From IMG/VR virus record IMGVR_UViG_2061766007_000575: a stretch of DNA of 34,246 nt, one strand, 5' to 3'. The notes under the pieces are model-generated. The model did no database searches, was not told the DNA's origin, and saw only the letters and a list, made by a program, of their open reading frames with translations. This document shows positions 9,406-18,702 of this stretch, piece after piece. The translations under genes were made by a program, and so were the position numbers. Each line of letters opens with the position of its first letter. Position 1 is the stretch's first letter. This DNA is from an uncultured virus (IMG/VR IMGVR_UViG_2061766007_000575). Its lineage: Duplodnaviria > Heunggongvirae > Uroviricota > Caudoviricetes.

Positions 9406-12400
9406 ATGGGAGATAAAAAATTTAACATAGTTTTTGATGTTAATGCCAATACCTCTCAGGCTCAACAAAAATTCAATAGTGTTTTCAATGATATGAAAAG
9501 AGACGTTGAAGGCACACAAAAGGAATTTAATAAATTACAAACAGTTTTAGAAAATATTGAAATTCCACCTAAATTTAAAAAAGGTTTAGAGGGAATAACT
9601 TCACAAATAGAAAGTGAAATAAAAAACTTTAAATCTCTTACTGAAAATGGTCTTAATAGTTTAGGTGATAGTAAAAAGGCAGAACAATCCGTTAATAAAA
9701 TTTCTGAATTATATAGAAAATTAAAGATAGAAATTAATGATATTAGTGGAATTGATATTGAAAAACTTCTGCCTAAAGAATTTGTAGCAAGAGTTAAAAC
9801 TGCAACTGATTCTTGGAATAAGTTTGTTAAGGTTTATAATGATATTGGAAAAGAAAATCAAGCTATTCAAGATACTAATGATAAATTAAAAGAACAGGCT
9901 AAAATAGTTGATGAATTACAGCAAAAACAAAAAAACTATAAACCTTCAGATAATTCAGAATTAAATAAACAAAGATTTGCTGAAGTACAGCATCAAAAAA
10001 GTCTTGAAAAGCAACAGCATGATATTGCTATAGAAAGAGACAAGATTAGTAAAGATAGAAGTTATAAAACTAAACTAGAAAGACAAGATGATATTAAAAA
10101 ATTAGAAAATGATTATAAAAGCTTAGGAGAACAAATAGAGGAATCAAAACGCAAGCAAGCTGAGTTTACTAAACAGATAGAAGAGAATAAAAAAATAGGT
10201 GAAAATTTAGATAAAGCTAAACAAGAATATGCTGAATTAGAAAAACAATTAAGACAATTAACTGAAGCCGCTCAGACTGAAAAAATAGAAGAGTTTAGAG
10301 AATCTTTAGCCCAAGCACTTAATTTACCAAACAAAGAAGAGCTTCCTAAAACTTTTGAAGAGTTACAGACTTATATCAATAATTTAGAAGTTGATCAAGC
10401 TCAAAAAATTACCGAACAATTAAAACAATTGGGACCAGCTGCAGAAAGTGGTGCAAAAGCAGTAGGTAAGTTAAAAGAAAGTACTGATAAAGCTGGAGAA
10501 GGTTTCAGAGAACTTTCTCAAAGAGAAAAGGAAATAGAACAATTTGCTAATAGAATTAAATATTTCTTCTCTATTGGTAATACTGTTATGCTTTTCCGGC
10601 GCGCGATTAATTCTGCTATTGAAACGGTAAAAGAACTTGATGAAGTTATGACTCAGGCCGCAGTGGTTACTAGATTTACTGTGGCAGATATGTGGGCACA
10701 ACTTCCACAATATGCACAGCGTGCTAATGAACTTGGCGTAACAATTAAGGGCGTTTATGAAGCATCTACTCTTTACTATCAACAGGGTTTAGATACAATT
10801 GAAGTTATTGGTGTTGCTAATGAAACTTTAAAAATGGCAAAAATTGCCGGTATTGATTATGCATTAGCAACCAATTATATGACTTCTGCGCTTCGTGGTT
10901 TTAATATGGAAGTTAACGAACTTTCAGCGCAGAAAGTTAATGATATATATTCACAATTAGCAGCAAAAACAGCATCAAATGTTCAAGAAATTTCGGTAGC
11001 TATGTCAAAAACTGCTCCTTTAGCACATAATGCTGGTATGGAGATTGAGACTACTGCTGCGCTGTTGGCACAGATGATTGAAAGAACTCGTGAGGCTCCT
11101 GAAACTCTTGGTACTGCTATGAAGACTGTTATAGCTCGTTTCCAAGAATTAAAGAAAGATCCAGCATTAATTGAACCAGTTGAGGGCGAAATCGTTGATG
11201 CAAATAAAATTGAAACCGCTTTAAGAACAATAGGAGTTTCACTTAGAGATACTAGTGGCCAATTTAGAAACTTAGATGAAGTCTTTCTTGAGATTTCAGA
11301 AAAATGGGATGGATTAACCACTAATACTCAAAGATATATTGCTACAATTGCAGCAGGTTCTCGTCAGCAATCTCGTTTTATTGCTATGATGGCTGATTAT
11401 AAGAGAACTATGGAATTAGTTGGATTAGCTAATAATGCTGCAGGAGCAAGTGAAGAACAATTTGCTAAAACTCAAGATTCACTTCAAAGTAAATTAAATA
11501 GACTCAAAAATGCTTGGGATGAATTTACTATGGGTTTAGCTAATAATAAAGTTATTAAGGCAGTAGTTGATTTATTAACTGGATTTATTAATTTAGTAAA
11601 CAAATTAACAAAAACTCTTTCTTTTGGTAGTGGATTATTAAAATCTTTTTGGGATGTAGGAGCTTTATTATTAGGGATTAAGCTTGGTCGTGCTGCTTTT
11701 AATGGATTTTTTGGATGGCTATTAAAAACGTCTAAAGTTGAAGCTTTAAAAGCAGGAACTGCAGCGGGAACTGGTTTTGGTACTGGTTTAAAAGGCAGTT
11801 TAACTACTTTAAAAAGTTTTTTAAATAAAACTATTCCAGCAAATGTAGAAAATTTAAAGAAAACTTTTTCTACTGCTCTTAATAGTGGTATTATTGGTGA
11901 TTTAGATTCTCCAATTTCTGAAGAAATGTTTTCTAATGCAGCAACTGCAACACAAGCATATCGTTTAGAGCTAGAAAAAGTTGGAAAAACTTTATCGTTA
12001 ACAAGTGAACAACAAAAAATATCTAATTTATTACAACAGCAAGGAGTTACGGTAGGTATTGCTAATGCTGCGGCAGTATCTGGACTAACAGAAGAAGAGA
12101 TAGCCGAAGCTATAGCTACAGCTGGTGGGACAAATGCTGATAAAGAAGCTATTAAAAAACAATTAGAAAAGATTGCGGCGGATAAATCTGAAGCTATAGC
12201 TACTGGAAAATTAATTGCTTCACAAAAATTAAGTTTAGGTCAGAGAATTAAAGGAAATGCCGCTTTATTATTTGGATCTGAAGCCGCTCGAAAAAAGGCT
12301 TTTGCTGATTTGAAACTAGCTGGGGCAGATGTTGAAGCGACGGCGGCTTCAGAAGCTTTCAATGCTTCTATTTATGCCTGTCCAATTGGTTGGTATGTTG

Positions 12401-15400
12401 CTGGTATTGCCGCGATAGTTGCTATTTTAGCTGTTCTTGCAATGCAGGCTCATGCAATTTCTCTTGATGGCAGGATGAAGGCTGCGGCGGAAGCAACAAA
12501 ACAAGCAAAAGAGGCAGCAGATGAAGCAAAGCAATCGTATGATGATTTAGCAGATGCTCACAGTGGTTATGATGAAACTCAACAAGCTTTAAAAGATTTA
12601 GCATATGGTACACAAGAATGGAGTGACAAATTAGCAGAAGCTAATCAACAAGTTTTAGAGTTGATTCAAAAGTTCCCAGAATTGACTAAATTTTTAAAAC
12701 AAGGAGAATATGGTCAATTAACTATCGATTCAGCTGGTTGGGATGAAGTTATTAAAAAACAACAAGACTTATATTTAACATTAACTGGAGCAGCAATAAA
12801 GGCTCAAACTAGAGAGAGTGATTTAGAATTAGAAAAAACAGCAAAAGATACTAATTATAATAAATATCAATCTCAGTATGGAGAGATTTTTACGGGTATG
12901 GAAGAAGCTCTCTTAAGTGGTTCTGGAGAAGAATTTGAAAGGTTAGGAGAAATATTAAGTATTTCAGATGAAAAATTAAAAAAAGTAAAAAACAGTATAA
13001 TAGATTATAATAGTGCTTTAGAAGAATCTAAACAAGTTGTTGAAAAAAGTACTCAAGCATTTTTCACTTCAGTTCTTTCTCCTGAAAAAATTCAAGATTT
13101 AGGAGTAGAAGCTTTAAATAATTTATCTCAAACTTTTTCTCAATATACTAAAGATAAATATACTGGAGAAAATATTTTAACACCAACTCCTAGTGGTGTG
13201 GCACCAGATCAAAGAATCAATTCAGATTTAATGGAAAGGTATTCTAAAGAAATAGATAAAATTGGAGGAATTAATGAATCTGGTGATGTAAAAGCTCTTC
13301 GATCTATGTTAAGTGCTCTTACTGGAAAAACCATGAAGGAATTGCGAAAGCAGTATGGTAGAGATATTAAAGCTATGGAATTAGCTATCGCTGATTTTGC
13401 TAATTCAGATGAAACAAAAAAACAGATTGAAGAAATAACAGATAGATATTTATCTTTAAGTGAAGCTGATAAAGAAATAGTTGATGTTTTAACTTCTAAT
13501 GGAGAAGGATATTACGAAGGAGTAAAAGAGTTTACTGATACTCTTTCAAAGGCTGGAAAAGCTTTTATTGAAGATTTAACTGGACAAGATTATGAGGACT
13601 TTTTCACAGAAAGCTTACAAAAGAAAGGAATCGAACAACAAAAAATTGCAAGAGAAAATTTAACTAATAGAAATATTAATATTGAGAATTTTGGCCAGTA
13701 TATGGATACTGGAATGATGCAAGGACTCTCTGATAATTTAATAAAAGTTTTTGAAGCAAGCGGAAGTAAAGCTGCAGAAATACTTGGATCGCAGTTATCT
13801 TCAATGTTTGTTAATTTAAGAGCACAAGATCCAGAAAAAGCTAAACAATTTATGACAGCTTTAAATAGTATTGATTGGAAAAAAACTAATTCAATTGAAG
13901 ATTTAAGTAATAGATTAGACGAACTTGGAATTACAGCTAAAGATTTAGGTGTAATAGATATTGATAATTTAGAAGATGAAATTAAACAATTAGCTAAAGC
14001 CGCTAGAGAAGTTGACTTAGAAAAATTAACTAATCAAATTCGAACTTTAGGTCAATTAGCTTATGATATAAGTTCTGGTAAGCAAACTAATGATTTTTCT
14101 GAAGATCAAAAAAATAATTTGGTTTCAGAAGGAATAGCTAAAGAATCTGATTTCATTTATGATTTTGAAACTGGTAATTTTAAATATCTTGGCGGTACAA
14201 TGGAAGATTTACGGCAAGCTATTATTGAAAACACTAAAGCAAAAACAGAAGAAGCACAACAGAGTCTCGAAGATCAAATTACTTCTGCGCAAGCCGCGAA
14301 AAATATCATAGACAATTATGGAACTGATGAATATGGTAACGAAATTAGTGGAAATAGTTTAGTTGAACAATTTATAAGGTCTGGGCAATCAGATAAAAAT
14401 ATGGAATGGTTTAACCAAGCTACTGGTGATGAAATCGTTGCTTATGCTAATGAAATTAAACAGTTGGTAAATGAATTACCGCAACTTGAAGATAAACAGA
14501 CTGCTATAGCACAGCAAGTTGAAATTAATGAATTAATTGCTGAATATCGAGATAACCTAGAAGGTCTTGGATATGCGGCAGAAGCAGGTAACGAATCGGC
14601 AGAAAAGGCTTTAAAAACAATAGCATTAAATGCTGGCGTTGCCGAAGATGCTATAAATGATTTAACGGCTTCTGAGTTAGCTGAAATGACAACTGTTTAT
14701 CAGCAAGCAGCAGCTCATGATATTGATGCTAAAGATTTAGAATATTATGCTAATCAATTACAAAAAGCTAATAAGCAATTAACAAAAGTGCAGGCTGCAC
14801 AAGTAGCATTAGGTAATGCTCGTCTTAACAAAGGTATTAAAAGTTTAGTTGATACTTATGAAGATTGGACAGGAATTTTAGATAAAACTGGTGGAAAATT
14901 AGAAGGACTTGCTAGTGAAGATGCTAAAATGGTTAAAGAATTAGGTAGTAGCTTATCTACTATGTTCAATCTTACAGAAAAACAAGCAAATAAACTCATT
15001 GAAGACCATTATGATTTAATTAAAAAGGCTGCAGAAGGCAGTACTGAAGCTTTAGGTCAGTTGCAAGAGGCTGCGGCGAGAGAAGTTGCTCTAGATATTA
15101 GAGCAGAGTTACATGATGAAGAAGCAATTAAAGCTATAGATCAATTTGTTCAGTTTTTAGATGATGTTGATTTGCCACCTCTAGAGCCAGGAATAGATTT
15201 GTCAGAAGTATGGGCTGGGGCTAATGATTTTGCTGCGATTTGTTCTAATTTAATAGCTAATGGTAGTATGACTGCCACTCAGTTAAATAGAATTTTTGGT
15301 AATTTAGGTTTTGCTGCAGACGTAACTTGGAAAACGGATAGCCGACCTCTCGCCCAAGTAGAAGGCATGAGTGGTAAAATGTTAAATACTAGTTTATTTA

Positions 15401-17385
15401 GCGATGATGAATTAGCACAAATAAAATCAACTTTAACTGTTAATACTCCTGTTATAAAATTTAAGTCAATTGGTAGTGGTGGTGGGGGTGTCAGTTCTAC
15501 TATTGCTCCTGCTTCTCCTAGTGGTGGAGGTGGTGGTGGAGGTTCTTCTACCGAAGATAAAACTTGGGAAAACCCCTACGACTGGCTTTATAACCTCACC
15601 CAAAAAATAAATGCTGAACTTCGTACTCGTGAAAAACTTGAACGTCGTTATCAGCGACTTGTAAAAACAGGCACAGGTTCTGGAGAAGATCTTAAAAAGA
15701 TTACTGATCAAGAAATAGAATCTCTTGAAAAACGCCGTAAATATGAAGAAGAAATGATAAAATTACGGCGTCAGGAACTTAAAGAGTATTTAGCTGCAAA
15801 TGCTGCACTTGCCAAATATGCTCAAATTGATTGGGAATTAGAAGTTGTTCGTATTGATTGGGATCAAATTAATGCTGTAACTGATCCTGAAGAAGGAGAA
15901 GCTATTGAAAAATATATCAGTAAATTAGAAGAACTTCTTCAATCAATTAAAGAGGCGCAAGATACTATTGATGATATTGATGATGATTTATTAGATATAA
16001 AAGAGCGCGGAAGAGATCAATATCGAGACTTAGAAGATCGTGTACTTGATGCTTTAATTGGTGAACAACAAGATATGATCGATGAGCAAGAGCGTATTTA
16101 TAATGCAATTAGTAATGCAGCCTCTGATTTGATGGATGCTATTTCACGGAATATTGAAAAGATACGGCAAGATAGACAAAATGAAGAAACTGAAACCTCT
16201 CTTGCTGAAAAAGAGCGCCGTCTTGCTTATTTACGTCAAGATACGACTGGTTCTAATGCTCTTGAAATTAAAAAACTTGAGCAAGAATTAGATAAAGAAA
16301 AGCAAAATTATACTGATACTTTAATTGATCAAGGTTTAAATGATTTAAAAGAGCAAAATGATATTGCTGCTGAACAGCGAGAAAAACAAATTGAATTAAT
16401 GCAATCTACTTTAGATTGGCAACAGCAAACTGGTTATTGGGTTGATGAAGCTACTAGAATTGTTCGTGAAGGTATCGGTGAAAAAGGTATTATGGATGAA
16501 AATAGTAGACTTTATCAGTTATTAGCAGAGCAAGAAGGTCTTATAGCTAAATCTAATGCTTCACAGTATGAATGGAATACTGACTTAGCTAAAAAAATTA
16601 GCGAAGCTTTTGTTTGGTTAAAAGGAGCTTTAGCAGCAAAAGAATCTGGTGCTAATACACCTGCACAAGGAGATACTCCAAGTCAAATTATAGATAAAAT
16701 GAGAGGAAACTCTCGAGAATGGTGGATTGCAAATTCTAAAGAAGAACAGGATACATTATCATACGCTCAAGAACAATTAAAACAAGATTATATTAGTAAA
16801 ACTGGAGATACAATTTATAAAAAAGACAATGGTGTTTGGTATCATGAAAATGGAGATCGGCTTTATGAATTAGATATGCCAAAAAGCGAGGTTGCTGAAA
16901 GTATTGTTAATAAAATGAAGCAGAATGAAAGTAGTCTTTCTGGTGAGGAATTACAGGCTGCAAACCGCTTTCTAGCTAATAAAATTGAAATTTTATATAA
17001 TCATCAAAAAACTGTTGTCCAAGATGGAAATGGTGTTTGGTGGGTAGATGGAGAAGAGCTTTATAAAAAGAAATTTAAGCATGGTGGTTTAGCTGACTTT
17101 ACTGGTCCTGCTTGGTTAGATGGTAGTAAATCTAAACCAGAAATGGTGCTTAATGCACGGGATACAGAAAATTTCCTACAATTAAAAGATATTCTCTCAA
17201 ATCTTAGAATGTCATTTAGCGAATCAAAAGGCGCACTTGGCGGCGACTGGTATTTTGACATTGATATTAATGTTGGTGAAATTGCTAGTGATTATGATGT
17301 TGATCAATTAACAGAGCGTGTTAAACAATCTATTTATACAGAATCTACTTATCGAAATGTAAATGCTATAAACTTTTTGAAATAA
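9406..17385 (+). CDS. Tail tape measure protein (~2660 aa)
   Basis: ATG at 9406 behind GGAGGG. TP901-type TMP core ('REAPETLGTAMKTVIARF', 'IAAGSRQQSRFIAMM'), long coiled coils, central hydrophobic segments, Gly-rich linker and C-terminal 'GGLADFTGPAWLDGSKSKPEMVLN'. Confidence 0.92.
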   Translation: MGDKKFNIVFDVNANTSQAQQKFNSVFNDMKRDVEGTQKEFNKLQTVLENIEIPPKFKKGLEGITSQIESEIKNFKSLTENGLNSLGDSKKAEQSVNKISELYRKLKIEINDISGIDIEKLLPKEFVARVKTATDSWNKFVKVYNDIGKENQAIQDTNDKLKEQAKIVDELQQKQKNYKPSDNSELNKQRFAEVQHQKSLEKQQHDIAIERDKISKDRSYKTKLERQDDIKKLENDYKSLGEQIEESKRKQAEFTKQIEENKKIGENLDKAKQEYAELEKQLRQLTEAAQTEKIEEFRESLAQALNLPNKEELPKTFEELQTYINNLEVDQAQKITEQLKQLGPAAESGAKAVGKLKESTDKAGEGFRELSQREKEIEQFANRIKYFFSIGNTVMLFRRAINSAIETVKELDEVMTQAAVVTRFTVADMWAQLPQYAQRANELGVTIKGVYEASTLYYQQGLDTIEVIGVANETLKMAKIAGIDYALATNYMTSALRGFNMEVNELSAQKVNDIYSQLAAKTASNVQEISVAMSKTAPLAHNAGMEIETTAALLAQMIERTREAPETLGTAMKTVIARFQELKKDPALIEPVEGEIVDANKIETALRTIGVSLRDTSGQFRNLDEVFLEISEKWDGLTTNTQRYIATIAAGSRQQSRFIAMMADYKRTMELVGLANNAAGASEEQFAKTQDSLQSKLNRLKNAWDEFTMGLANNKVIKAVVDLLTGFINLVNKLTKTLSFGSGLLKSFWDVGALLLGIKLGRAAFNGFFGWLLKTSKVEALKAGTAAGTGFGTGLKGSLTTLKSFLNKTIPANVENLKKTFSTALNSGIIGDLDSPISEEMFSNAATATQAYRLELEKVGKTLSLTSEQQKISNLLQQQGVTVGIANAAAVSGLTEEEIAEAIATAGGTNADKEAIKKQLEKIAADKSEAIATGKLIASQKLSLGQRIKGNAALLFGSEAARKKAFADLKLAGADVEATAASEAFNASIYACPIGWYVAGIAAIVAILAVLAMQAHAISLDGRMKAAAEATKQAKEAADEAKQSYDDLADAHSGYDETQQALKDLAYGTQEWSDKLAEANQQVLELIQKFPELTKFLKQGEYGQLTIDSAGWDEVIKKQQDLYLTLTGAAIKAQTRESDLELEKTAKDTNYNKYQSQYGEIFTGMEEALLSGSGEEFERLGEILSISDEKLKKVKNSIIDYNSALEESKQVVEKSTQAFFTSVLSPEKIQDLGVEALNNLSQTFSQYTKDKYTGENILTPTPSGVAPDQRINSDLMERYSKEIDKIGGINESGDVKALRSMLSALTGKTMKELRKQYGRDIKAMELAIADFANSDETKKQIEEITDRYLSLSEADKEIVDVLTSNGEGYYEGVKEFTDTLSKAGKAFIEDLTGQDYEDFFTESLQKKGIEQQKIARENLTNRNINIENFGQYMDTGMMQGLSDNLIKVFEASGSKAAEILGSQLSSMFVNLRAQDPEKAKQFMTALNSIDWKKTNSIEDLSNRLDELGITAKDLGVIDIDNLEDEIKQLAKAAREVDLEKLTNQIRTLGQLAYDISSGKQTNDFSEDQKNNLVSEGIAKESDFIYDFETGNFKYLGGTMEDLRQAIIENTKAKTEEAQQSLEDQITSAQAAKNIIDNYGTDEYGNEISGNSLVEQFIRSGQSDKNMEWFNQATGDEIVAYANEIKQLVNELPQLEDKQTAIAQQVEINELIAEYRDNLEGLGYAAEAGNESAEKALKTIALNAGVAEDAINDLTASELAEMTTVYQQAAAHDIDAKDLEYYANQLQKANKQLTKVQAAQVALGNARLNKGIKSLVDTYEDWTGILDKTGGKLEGLASEDAKMVKELGSSLSTMFNLTEKQANKLIEDHYDLIKKAAEGSTEALGQLQEAAAREVALDIRAELHDEEAIKAIDQFVQFLDDVDLPPLEPGIDLSEVWAGANDFAAICSNLIANGSMTATQLNRIFGNLGFAADVTWKTDSRPLAQVEGMSGKMLNTSLFSDDELAQIKSTLTVNTPVIKFKSIGSGGGGVSSTIAPASPSGGGGGGGSSTEDKTWENPYDWLYNLTQKINAELRTREKLERRYQRLVKTGTGSGEDLKKITDQEIESLEKRRKYEEEMIKLRRQELKEYLAANAALAKYAQIDWELEVVRIDWDQINAVTDPEEGEAIEKYISKLEELLQSIKEAQDTIDDIDDDLLDIKERGRDQYRDLEDRVLDALIGEQQDMIDEQERIYNAISNAASDLMDAISRNIEKIRQDRQNEETETSLAEKERRLAYLRQDTTGSNALEIKKLEQELDKEKQNYTDTLIDQGLNDLKEQNDIAAEQREKQIELMQSTLDWQQQTGYWVDEATRIVREGIGEKGIMDENSRLYQLLAEQEGLIAKSNASQYEWNTDLAKKISEAFVWLKGALAAKESGANTPAQGDTPSQIIDKMRGNSREWWIANSKEEQDTLSYAQEQLKQDYISKTGDTIYKKDNGVWYHENGDRLYELDMPKSEVAESIVNKMKQNESSLSGEELQAANRFLANKIEILYNHQKTVVQDGNGVWWVDGEELYKKKFKHGGLADFTGPAWLDGSKSKPEMVLNARDTENFLQLKDILSNLRMSFSESKGALGGDWYFDIDINVGEIASDYDVDQLTERVKQSIYTESTYRNVNAINFLK

Positions 17386-17404
17386 ACTATAAAAAAGTTA
17401 CTTA

Positions 17405-17435
17405 GTAGTAGGCGGTCAATGCGGCCGCCTACTAC
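17405..17435. other. GC-rich stem-loop between the TMP and Dit genes, without a U-tract
   Basis: GTAGTAGGCGGTC-AATGC-GGCCGCCTACTAC; 13 bp stem with one G-U pair. Confidence 0.7.
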
Positions 17436-17454
17436 GAAAAAAGGAGTTGAAAAA

Positions 17455-18690
17455 ATGAGTGCGATAAAAGGCGATTTCACAGGATTTACCTTTAACGGGG
17501 TTCATTCTAGTGAGCTTGGATTAACTCGGGTTAGTGACAATAGTCGTTATACGGAAAACTTATATCCAACAATCCAAGATAAAACTGTGCAAGTACCTGG
17601 CGCTGATGGAACCTATTATTTTGGTAGTTTTTATACTCAGCGGTCGATCAATATATCTGTTGCTTTTGATAGTGTAAGTGAGGAGCAACTTCAAAACATA
17701 AAAAGGATTTTTGGTGATAAAAAAATCCATGATTTAATTTTTGATGAAACACCATATAAAGTTTATAGAGTTAAATCAACTGGGACTCCAAATTTAAAAT
17801 ATGTTTGTTTTAATAAAGGGCCAGATACTTTTGATAGAGATTATGAAGATAATTTAAAATATGAAACAAAGGAACAACTTTATGGGGTTGGCGCTGTGTC
17901 ACCATTTGGACGAGTTTATAAAGGCGAAGGGCAATTAAATTTTGTTTGTTACACACCTTTCGCGCGGAGTCGTTATAAATATATAAATGATTATACAATT
18001 CAAAATGTGCCTGAATGGGGTCCAATGGATAACCCTTCAGCTAATAATGTACATTATAATTTATATGACTGGGTAGATAGTGCCGGACTAAAGAGAAATG
18101 ATGCAGGAAAAGTAGTTGATGGCACTTCTTATGTGATTGATAAGGTTCAGTCAACTGGAGTTTTAGTTTATAATCCAGGTAATTTTCCAGTTTCTTTTAA
18201 TTTGATTTTTGAATTTACTGGCTCTGGAAATCCTAATACAGTAGATCTTTCTAATTGTTTACTTAGTTCATCTCAAAATCAAGATTTCGACAAATATTAC
18301 TTAAGAATTGAAAATTTAAAATTAAAAGTTAGTGATGAAATTACTGATGATGCAATTAGAATTAATGGAAGTTTAAATTTAGTCGAAGGCATGAGAAAAA
18401 ATTTCGAACAAGTTGAAGATTTAATCGGCCGGAATCCGGTAGCAGAAGGTTGGTATGAATTAGATGATGAGACTTACGTTTTAAGTTCAGATACATTTGC
18501 CGATCAGACTAAAACTTATTATAGACTTTTCTTTACTCAAAGTGGTACAATTTATAATGATTGTATAACTCAAGGAGATTTCTTTAAAATACCAATTACT
18601 TCAGATCTTGTCTTTTTACCTATTACTTTTAAAGGCAGCGCGCCGAATAACTTTAAGGGCTATATTGAATATGATTATTTATACTATTAA
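17455..18690 (+). CDS. Distal tail protein (Dit)
   Basis: ATG at 17455 behind AAGGAG. 'GFTFNGVHSSELGL', 'VPGADGTYYFG', 'LIFDETPYKVY' and 'FVCYTPFARS' are Sipho_tail/Dit motifs; directly after the TMP gene. Confidence 0.85.
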   Translation: MSAIKGDFTGFTFNGVHSSELGLTRVSDNSRYTENLYPTIQDKTVQVPGADGTYYFGSFYTQRSINISVAFDSVSEEQLQNIKRIFGDKKIHDLIFDETPYKVYRVKSTGTPNLKYVCFNKGPDTFDRDYEDNLKYETKEQLYGVGAVSPFGRVYKGEGQLNFVCYTPFARSRYKYINDYTIQNVPEWGPMDNPSANNVHYNLYDWVDSAGLKRNDAGKVVDGTSYVIDKVQSTGVLVYNPGNFPVSFNLIFEFTGSGNPNTVDLSNCLLSSSQNQDFDKYYLRIENLKLKVSDEITDDAIRINGSLNLVEGMRKNFEQVEDLIGRNPVAEGWYELDDETYVLSSDTFADQTKTYYRLFFTQSGTIYNDCITQGDFFKIPITSDLVFLPITFKGSAPNNFKGYIEYDYLYY

Positions 18691-18702
18691 GGAGGGTATA
18701 AA

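Noticed and set aside
15472..15546. GGT-rich repeat as a DNA-level element
   Set aside because: It encodes the Gly/Ser linker commonly found in TMPs.
10471..17261. Short antisense ORFs inside the TMP gene (and similar ones in Dit, Tal and nrdD)
   Set aside because: They fully overlap long, well-supported genes on the opposite strand and lack protein-like features.
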